Assembly: GCA_016748015.1 (NCBI GenBank)
Contig: JAAOMT010000590.1
Location: forward strand, 1-64,000
DNA: 64,000 bases
Direction of reading: 5' to 3'
Origin: Geosiphon pyriformis uo1
Lineage: Eukaryota; Fungi; Glomeromycota
Shown here: positions 54,113 through 64,000 of the stretch, piece by piece
Numbering within the stretch: position 1 is the stretch's first letter
How the letters are laid out: every line of letters starts with the position of its first letter
The notes under the pieces: generated by a model
Database searches by the model: none
What the model saw: only the letters and a program-made list of their open reading frames with translations
What the model was told of the DNA's origin: nothing
Program-made: the position numbers and the translations under genes

Positions 54113-55990
54113 TTTGGTGCTCTTCTATGGAAATAACACAGCAAAAACAACTTCAAAGTAGCAACCACACCAAACACAACAACTTTAAAGTATTATTAGT
54201 TGATTTATACTTACTGCAAGCAAAGATTTAACATCCAAGACGGAATTGAAATTTTTAAGAAATCAGTATACCAATACATTGAAAACCATATCAACAATTA
54301 TCTTTTAGGAAACTACAATATTTCAGAAGTTAAAAGCAACCTATACAATAATTTATTGTACTATTCACAATTAAAAATTGAAAACATTAACAGTAAGGCA
54401 CTTGACACCTACTTCCAAAAACTTAACTTTAACATTATTCAGTATTGTAAAGAAAATTATCTAGTAAAGTCTAATACACTATTAATTTTGAATCAGAGAC
54501 AGAAACAAACAACAAAGGCAAACAAAAACTAAAACAACACTCAAAAATCACTCCAAATACTCCAAAAACACTAAAGATAACTGCTAAATACCTGCAAACT
54601 CTAGAACAAAAAACCAACACCAAACTTCCACTCATAGTTATACTATTTTCAATTTCACTTGCTCAATCACAAATACCAAATTCACTATTTATCTGTTTTT
54701 TAAGACTAGAAGATTTTTAGTCATCTAAAAATCTTACTCAACAACAAAAACCCATATCAATCAGCACCAATATTATTGATTACTTACAAAAAAATAAAAG
54801 TAATCATTCAAAAAACTTGGAAAGTAAAGAAACTAAATCAGAACAAGAAAAAATCACAGAAAACAAAGAAAAAATGACAACTGCTTACATTACAAAGATT
54901 TCAAAATTCACTAGTAAAGATAATAATACCAGTTTACAAAAATGGCTTAACAAAGTTCAGAAAGCAGAAGATGCAAATGAATGGAATATAGTAAAAATGC
55001 TTAAAGCAATCTTATATTTTCTTCAAGGAACAGCAAGAGAATAGTTTAAAAACTTAGATTAACCATTTAAAAACTGGCAAGCATTCAAAAATGCTTTCTT
55101 ACAACAATTTACCAACAACAATACTTCTATTACTCTCTGAAATCACTTTTGCAATATTAAACAAGAACCATTTAAATCTGTTATGACTTATCTTTGGAAA
55201 TTCAACAAACTTCTTCAACGAATTTAACAATTGGAAACCAATGAATATTATTTCAATGCCCAAATATTAGATTAGTTTATTGCAGGATTAAAAAACAAAT
55301 TAATTAAAAAAGTTTACCTTCATGCTTCAGCAGACTTAATTACAGCCATCAGACATGTAAAGAACTATGAAATGGCAATAAAAGAAGCAAACTATACCAA
55401 ACTTGTGAATTTTGCTATTGAAGAAACCAGCTTAACAGCTGAAAAAAAGATAGACCAACTCACAAAGAAGATTGAAAACTACTTTACAAGTCAACAACAA
55501 CAGCAGCAACAACCACAAAAATATTAACTACCATAACAACAAAATCAAAACAACTTTGAATTACCATCCAATAATCAATCTTAAAATTGTCATTATTTAT
55601 AGAATTTCAGAATACTGGAAAAAAGATTGCAGAAAATTGCAAAGAGACCAACAAAACAAAAATAATCAATGTTATTCTTTACCACAACAATCTTATTACC
55701 AACCTTTATCACCAACTTATTATTTACTAAGACCACAAAATCAAAACAGTTATTATCAACTGGCTTCACAACCAATACAGCAACAATATTAGCAACCTGT
55801 ACCAATTCAGCAATATCAGACATTATTCACTCAACAATATTAAGTACTAGCCAGAAGATTGGTCCAACAAAACCAATTTACACCACAAAACTGTTTTTTA
55901 ACAAATAACAATAGATTTAACTCCAATAATAAACTAGTTTTCTGAAATTCTGTTTAACAAAAACCCACTCAGTTCCACACTCAACCCAGT
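54113..55990 (+). pseudogene. gag: B3 gag: long N-terminal extension, capsid-like domain (from ATG ~54854), CCHC knuckle, Q/P-rich tail
   Basis: ISKFTSKDNNTSLQKWLNKVQKA capsid motif; CHY(C)RISEYWKKDC relic at 55588-55630. Confidence 0.8.
54115..54130 (+). promoter_or_regulatory. Primer-binding site TGGTGCTCTTCTATGG
   Basis: TGG, 2 nt after the LTR end. Confidence 0.8.
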
Positions 55991-56164
55991 TATTTAACAA
56001 TGTAAGAAGAATCGGATTTTCAATAAACTGCATTTTCTGAAAGTAAAGCTGTAGCATTAAGATCAAATCCTTCTAATAATACCATTTTACCAGCTCAAAT
56101 TGCCCAAAATGCCAATTTATCAGACATATTTCCATTCAAATTTGAAGCAAATAAATTACCATTC

Positions 56165-59100
56165 TTGCTTAGTAATGCAACAGTCAATGAACAGAAAGCA
56201 ATTACTGCCATGTATACTAAAGTTGAAGTAGAAAGAAAACTTATTCACTTAATTCTAGATAGTGGATCTGCTAAAAGTATCATTACTTACCAGCTAATAC
56301 AACAAACTCAAACAAAATGTAGACTGACTAGTTCAAACAGTTATTGTCACAGTTAATGGTATGAAAAAGACTCCAGTAGGAGAAATTGACAACTTCCATT
56401 TTACAATTGATGGAATTACTATTCCAATCAAAGTTCTTGTTATGGATACACTCCAATACTAAACTCTTATTGGAAATGATTGGCTTCTCAAGGCCAATGC
56501 AAATTTAGACTAAAAAACTCTGGAACTAAAAATCTTATATCAAAGACAATACACCATAGTATCTGCTATTTGTAATATTTTCAACAAATGATCAGAAAAA
56601 GTCTTAGTGTTTGAATTTGAGGAGAAAAAAAAAATGCCATTCATTGAAACTTATATGGCTCTTGAATTAACATCCAATTGGGCTGAAGAAACAGAACAAG
56701 AAATTTTCAAAGAAACAAAAGGATAGAAAAAGGTTTGGTATTCCACACCAAAACTACAAAAAAAACTACTATACATTCTACTCAAATGCAAAGATTGCAA
56801 AAAGAAGCTTTCATCTATGAGAGCTTATATATCTCCAGAAGAGGAATATGAAATCTGTACCTGTTATTTTTGTAAAGCATGTCATAGAGAATAATTTAGA
56901 TCTCTAAAAAGAAGTGGAAAATAGGACAACACTTCTTGCCTTACATGTAGAGATATGTTACCAGAAGAATACAACTGGATTGATATAAAAAAAGAAATAT
57001 GTAATCAAATCTGTCAATATGTTTTATTAATTTCGGAAAAAGTGAAAAGAGAAACCCTATTCAATGCAGTATATAACAGTGTTTTCAATAAATTATATTA
57101 CTATTCTTATGATGCTGAAATGATTTTTGATTTAGCAATGACTTTAATCAATGGAGCCACCTAAAAAGATGTCCACCAAATAAAAGAAGCTGAATACATT
57201 GAGTATACAATAAAATTAGCTGGATTTGATTATGAAGATAAAGTAAAAACCTACCACCAAATTGCAAATCACACATACCTAATCAAAGAAGCTCAAATTC
57301 AACAATTAGAGCAAATGAACATTCAATTATGTGAAGAATGTGTTATGCTTTGTGATAACCAATGGTGTTTAGAATGCTATGCTTTTAGCATTCTTTTGCC
57401 AAATGAGAATAATGAAAATGAAATCGAATTTGTAGTATTTAAACTAGTAGAAAAACTACCAACCACTTTTATCTATCTTCTAAAAAATTAACTACCTCTA
57501 CAACTTAAATATTTTGACAACCAGAGTCAAGGAATCAAACCAGAAAAAGCACACGAAATTGATGCTGAATATGATCTAAGATACTCAGGAAAAGATACTT
57601 TGGTTTTCCAACCAAAGTTCTTGACAAAAATCAACCTCAAAATTGCTTTTGAAATTCTACCTAAAGCAATAATTCAAATTGCATCTAAATTATTATTGGC
57701 AAGCAAAAGAATTAACATTAGAGGAGGAATTATAGATACAGAATACACTGGAGACATTACTATCATGCTACTGAATGAAACTGAAAAACTATTTAAAATT
57801 GAGCATACAGAAAAAATTGCTTAAGCAATTTATCTACTTTTAATCAACATATTGAGTTTACAATCAGTTAACAACAGAGAACAACTAGGCAAAAGTGACA
57901 GAAAAACTCAAGGTTTTGGTTCAACTGAATGATTCACAGTTCCAGTAAATATAGCTTTTACTACACAGAACAAATATTACCAGATTTTTTATCTTTCCTA
58001 ACCAATTATCATTTCACTTTTTAGAGAACATCACGAAATTTACACTTGCCCAAAACTCATTACTGCCCAACAAATTTTTGAATTCAATGAACAAATCTGT
58101 TTAAAACATGAAATTTTAATTTCAAATGTTTATATTCCTAAAAGAATGAAAAAATTTTGAGTTATATTCTATAATCCAAACAACTACTCCATTATTTTAT
58201 TAAATAAATTAGAAATTAGAATAATACATAGCAATATCTTCCAGAATAAAACCCTTCAAGCTGTTTCTAACTTTATTGAAATTGTAAGACACACTTTTCT
58301 TCCCAATCTAAACACCCTTACCAATAAAAATTACCACTTAATTAAAGAAAAACTTTTTCAAATCAACATGGATTCCTTAGAACCATTACAACAAAGACAA
58401 TTGAAGCAGTTAATAACTGAATTCGCTGATATATTTGCCAAAGACAACAATGATCTTGGAAAAACAAATATTGTCCAACACCAGATCTATACAAGAAATG
58501 CTCTACCAAAATAACAACAAGTCTACCAAGTTCCGTCTTCCAGCCACCAATTTATCAAAAAAGAAGTCCAGAGAATACTCAATAATAAACTGATTTAACC
58601 ATTAAAAAGTCTATGAACTTACTAGTAGTCTTAGTCAAAAAGAAAAACGAAAAAATCAGATTTTGTGTAAACTATCATCAACTCAACAGTAGTAATAATT
58701 GGAAATATCTACTCTCTTCTAAGAATTAATAACATGCTAGATGCTCTAGGCAAAGCCAAATTCTTTTCAACTTTAGACTTAGAAAGTGGATACTAACAAG
58801 TTGAAATAGACCTAAAAGATTGACCCAAAACAGCATTTACTACCTAAGGAGGAAACTATGAATTCAATATTATGTCTTTTAGATTTTGTAATGCACCAGC
58901 AACATTTCAGAGACTTATGGATGTTATTTATGAAGGACTTTTATGGCAATCAGTAGTCGTTTACTTAGATAATATTGATGTATACTTACCAACATTTGAA
59001 GTCCATCTAATTCACTTGTGAGAAGTTTTTCAATAATTATGAAAAACAAGATTAAAATTAAACATTGAGAAATATCATTTTGGAAAAACAAGTCTGATTT

Positions 59101-60990
59101 TTCTAGGACATATAATCAGCAAAGATGAAGTCCAACCAAATTCAGGAATAATTAGTGCTATAAAAAACTTCAAAATTCTCCAAAATACTACAGAACTAAG
59201 AAGATTCATAAAATTAGCTTTCTACTATTAAAAATTCATTGAAGAATTTTTAGAAATTGCCCAACCCACTCAATCATCTTATCAACAAAGATGTCAAATA
59301 CTAATAAACTTTAGCACAACAAACTGCTTTTAACACCCTTAAAAAAAAACTTACAACTGCACCAATTTTGCTTATTCAGACTTCAGTAAATGATTCCAAT
59401 TAGCCTCTGATGCTTTACACATAGTATTTGGTGCCATTTTATTACAGTTGGATAACAATGGCAATAAATGAGTCATTGTCTATGCAAGTAGAATATTGAA
59501 GCCAACAGAACTCAAATATGGGTCAACAAAACTAAAAGCTGCCACTGCCATTTGGGCTCTTAAACACTTTCAACAATACCTCAAAGATGGAAAAAAATTT
59601 GACATTATAACTAATAACATTGGTCTCAAATAGTTCAACAAAAAGAAATTAGAACAAAATACCAAACAAACCAGATAGAATAATTTCTTAGCAGATTACA
59701 CTTATATTGTACATCACAAACCAGAAAAATTATACACAAATATTGACAGCCTTTCAAGAATGAGACAAAATTAATACCAACACCAATACCAACAAACTTA
59801 ACAGCTAAACAAAACAACAAAATTAACAACAATAAATCTAGAAAACTACAACAACATCAAAAATTATTTAGAGATTTTTACCATACCAGAAAATTGGTCT
59901 CCAAGTAAAAAACACCAATTACAACATCAAGCAAAACAATACTTTATTTACCACAACAAAATCTATTACAAAAATCACAGAAATCTAAACAAACCACTCA
60001 GATTAATACAAGAGAATAAAAAAAAAACAATCTTATACAACATGCATACAGATCTATCTTCAGCACACTTAAGAAAAGATAGAACAATTCAAAAAACTCT
60101 TGAACATTATTTTTGGTCTTACATGCAAAAAAACATTCAATAATATGTAGAATCTTGTAATAGTTGTCAAAGAAGAGAAAAAACTTGTTCTACAGAACCT
60201 TTTGACAGAGTTGGAATTGATTTAATTAGACCATTACCTATTACAACACAAAGAAATCATTATATTGCAGTTGCAATAGATTATCTTACCAAATGGCTTA
60301 AAGCTAGAGCCATTCAAAGGGCAGATGCAAAATCAGTAGCAAATTTCATCTATAAAGACATTATTTGTAGACATGGATGTCCAATTGAACTTTTATCTGA
60401 TCAAGAAACACATTTTATGAACAACTTAATACAAAAAATTTGTAAACAATTCAATATCAAAAAACTTTTATCATTACTTTATCACCTCCAAACAAATAGG
60501 CTTGTAGAATATTTTAACAAAACATTGTGTAAATTTTTAGCCAAAGTCTTAACTGATTTTGAACAAGAATGAGATATTTTTATTCCATCAGTGTTACTAG
60601 CATACAAAACACTAAAACAAGATACTATAAAACACACATTATTTGATCTGACTTATGGAAGAACAGCAATATTACCAATTAATTTCACAGTGGAAACATA
60701 CCCAGTACAACCAATTAATAAAATAAACTTTCAAGAAACACTCCCAAGTTTAATAAAAAGAAAGGCATAACAACAAATTGCCATTAGTTACTAACAAATT
60801 TAAAGTTGAAAATAAAGTTTTCCTACACAAAACTAAGGCTAAAAAACAATGGAGTAGAAAATTTAAACATAAATAAGATGAATTATTTTATATTCACGAA
60901 ATTCTAGACAATAGATCATACAAGTTAAGACTTAATAACAAAGTACTAGCAAAAGTTACACATAGAGATTAATTAAAACATTACTATTCT
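56165..60990 (+). pseudogene. pol: B3 pol: protease, Cys-rich domain, dUTPase, spacer, RT, RNase H, integrase
   Basis: LILDSGSA (56258); VYLDN (58962-58973); LASDALH; FDRVGIDLI; SDQETHF; YHLQTN. Confidence 0.92.
57504..57929 (+). pseudogene. dUTPase domain in B3 pol
   Basis: DAEYDL (motif 1), IASKLLLA (decayed motif 2), GGIIDTEYTGDI (motif 3), KIA*AI (motif 4), RKTQGFGST (motif 5). Confidence 0.9.
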
Positions 60991-61259
60991 AAAAACAATA
61001 CTAAATCATTAATTTCACAAATTGGTATATATTTCCCTTTAATTAATCCTAAAGATATTCCCCGAAATTTAGAATTAATAATTATAATAGAACAACAACC
61101 AAACTTGAACACTTAATTTAATATTTTACAATAATTCTTTTAATAATACACAAAAAACATAAAAATAGTAAATAATTACAAGAAATACCCAAATTCAAAA
61201 ACAAATAAAAACTCTATACCCAAAAATAATTTTCTTTATTTTTTTTTAATTAGTTAGTT

Positions 61260-61970
61260 ATTATGATTATTCTCCGAAATATTTAACAAATATCCCAAAA
61301 ATTAATGTTAGCTTTAAAAACACTTTCTGATTTATCTATAATGATTAATGAAAGTTAAATTAATTATATTCAGAAAAAAACCACAACTTTAGTAGTAAAC
61401 AATTCTTAGAATTATTACCCATATAGAAAAAACACAAAAAGTTACACTGGAAATCAATTACCAAAACTTTTAAAGCTTGCTTTAAAAGAAAACCTTTTGT
61501 TTGCCCCTATTGACATTTTACCAAATACCACAATTCAACAAAAACTTTTACTATTTTTCAAAGAACAGAACAATGAATATACCCTTATTTATAGATATTT
61601 TTATATTGTAAAAATACTTCATGAATGAAAACTAGAACTTAAAACAACAAACATCACTTCTGAAGCTATACAAAAACAAATTCACAATGAATTCAAGACA
61701 GCAGCTGGACCAACAAACACTTACTACAAACTTAGAGCAGTTTTTAGACTCTATAATCTATTCAATACTTGCGAAAACATTCTCCAAAATCCAATATTTC
61801 ATTCAATAAAAATTCAGTACATTAGAAAGCTCACAGAACTGAAATTTCAACAATTTTCAGATCAGATTACTTCAAATATTTTGGATCACTATCTCAATAT
61901 CACAGATAGTGCTTAGACTTTAATAGAGCTCAGTCTTGAGAAGAAGATTATGTTATCAGTAGAATTTTAG
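61260..61970 (+). pseudogene. B3 extra ORF3 downstream of integrase, function unknown
   Basis: One frame 61443-61970 with only two internal stops (YTGNQLPKLLK...KLRAVFRLYNLF...IRKLTELKFQQF...); conserved in B1 18822-19510; start uncertain. Confidence 0.65.
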
Positions 61971-62891
61971 CTATTAATTAACATAAAATTATTCTCATAA
62001 TTTCTATTATTAATTAGCATATATTATTATCATTTCAATTATTACTTATTATTTAATCAAATTAACAATTATCATTATTCAATTAATAATCTGATTTGTA
62101 TTATAGAAATTAAAATAATTAAATTACATAATACCCTGAACCATGTAACATAGCCAAAATTCGTCGAAATTAATGAAAATTGGTTAAAATAAACAATAGT
62201 TCAGTAAAATAACTTGTAGTTTGCCAAAATGTATCTTTAGTTTACCTAAAATTGTAGCAAAAAAAAAAGTACAAGCTTAAAGACTAGTACTATAACAAGT
62301 TGTATAAAAGAAAAGCTTTTTTCTTCAAAAAAATGTATCTTCTTATATCTTATTATAGTATTTTACTTTAGATATCTTAATTTAAACAAATTATCTTTTA
62401 CAAAACCAAATCCTTAAATTATTTACTTGAAATTTTCTCAACACAACTAATGTTTTGAAATTAATCAGCTACTAATTTCAATAAACTGTTAGTGATTTCA
62501 GGCCTAAATAGAAAACGTTTTCCTTAACAAAATTTTATTTCTTTTATATTTATTTTATTTTTTTTTACTTTTTTTATTATAATTATTAAGGTAGCTTACA
62601 GACAAGATTTCTGTAGAAGAGTTGATTTTCACAACAAAATAATTACACATTTTTAGTAAGCTTTCAGATGAACAATTCCTGGAAAAGAGTTAACATTTAC
62701 TACAATGTAACTATATAAGTAACTGGTATAGAATTGGTTATTCCACTTATAAGCCCAGCAGTTTAAATTATAAGAAATAATTTAAAAGTAAATTTAGTTA
62801 TTGAAGATTCAACTATTTCTAGAAAATATGAATTCACAACAAACAAACATTAATAACATTAAAAAAAAGAGACCAAAAACCTCCAGTAACA
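61951..62891 (+). repeat. B3 3' LTR
   Basis: Direct repeat of 53166-54112. Confidence 0.94.
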
Positions 62892-64000
62892 CCAAATTTG
62901 ATTTTATGGTTATTACTTTTACTAGACAGAAAAATATTAAGAACATAATATTTTAGACACTATTGGTTATTACAAAACATTACACATTCTTCATATTGTT
63001 GAATGTTTATCTGCTTTAATTATTGAATTTAAGCTTTTTTGGTTAGATAAATGTAACTTGTAATTTGGTGGTAAGTTATGACTTTATTTTCATAGTTATA
63101 TTCAGCAATTTTGAAAGTGTATTTAATATATTTAGCTTTTTTTATTTAATAAACATCTTTTTGGGTTTTTTTATTGATTAGACTTATAGTCAATTTATAG
63201 ATTATTTTAACATTATATAGGTAATAATAGAGTTTGTTAAAAGCACTGTTATATGCTGTATTAAATCAAATTTTTTTTTAACTTTTTTGTAATTGAAAGT
63301 ACATATTAACAAGTTTGATTACAGACTTCTTCTTTTATTATAATATTGATCTAGTTGTATTTTTTTTGTAATATTTTTTTACATATAAAACAAGACATAT
63401 TGTTTCATTTTTTACTTTGTTTGGAGTATTTAAATTACTTCTGATAACAAGTTTTATAGTAATAGCAAGTATGTATTTCATATTTTTTTTCTAAAAATAT
63501 ACAAGCTCCCATAGATAAAAGCTTTTTGTTGCAGTTTTTACACTTAAGTAGAATATAAAATAGTTGTTTTTGTAATTCTGATTTAGAATACCAAACTTTG
63601 TTCCAACTATTGGTTTTTTTAAAAATTTCTTGTTTTGTTTCTTTAGTCTAATTGGATATTAATCTAAGAATTATGTAGGTTTTAGTAATTGGTATTTTTT
63701 TTTAAATTCAAACACAGAGGCTTTTTTTGATTATTTATTAAAAGTATCATATATAGCAAGCATTTTAGTATATTGTTTTTAATATAAAATTTTAAGTTTT
63801 TGGGTTTTTAATCTAAGTTTGTATTGGCTTTAAGAAGCCAATTATTTTTAATAAATGCTTAATATTGAGATGTATTTATAATTAAGACTTTTATTAAAAT
63901 AGTAATTCCATTAATTGTGAAAAAAAAATTAATAATTTTTCTTACTAAAGTCTTTTTTATATTATTGGCTATTACAATTACTGTTTGGACTAATTTGTCT
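62892..64000 (-). mobile_element. B2 part 3 (Cys-rich domain and protease), runs off the window
   Basis: Colinear with B1 ~23420-24540. Confidence 0.85.

Larger units (their letters stand above)
53166..62891 (+). mobile_element. Full-length decayed Ty3/gypsy family B copy B3, inserted in B2 pol
   Basis: LTRs 53166-54112 and 61951-62891 (TGTTA...GTAACA); PBS 54115-54130; PPT ~61938-61950; imperfect flanks TCAT/CCAA. Confidence 0.94.

Noticed and set aside
57504-57929. Host dUTPase gene
   Set aside because: It lies within pol, between LTRs, and is repeated at the same position in five element copies

Overview
This is a eukaryotic chromosome end, and I find no host gene in it. It opens with CCCTAA telomeric arrays (1-259 and 1107-1363, separated by an N gap), followed by variant CCCTAT/CCCTATAAATAT repeats that decay by C->T into a pyrimidine hexamer tract ending near 2215. 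Next come extremely AT-rich relic DNA and a 5'-truncated RNase H-bearing LINE (4100-6186). The remaining ~56 kb is a nested stack of decayed Ty3/gypsy LTR retrotransposons from four LTR families, labelled A-D here; element ends, PBSs and mostly 4-bp TSDs can be traced by eye. Nesting: B1 sits in the gag of A2; A3 sits in the 5' LTR of A2; solo LTRs D and A' sit in A3; C and B3 sit in B2. The elements are unusually complex. Families A and B carry a Cys-rich domain plus a dUTPase between protease and RT. Families A, B and C carry an apparently homologous extra sense ORF between integrase and the 3' LTR. Gag has a long N-terminal extension, and in A and B its frame starts at the PBS with no conserved ATG. 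All repeats show heavy C->T/G->A mutation, including non-CpG contexts. Protein style and telomere type suggest an early-diverging fungus (Glomeromycotina, Geosiphon-like); that is inference only. Domain coordinates in decayed copies are approximate and were read by hand.
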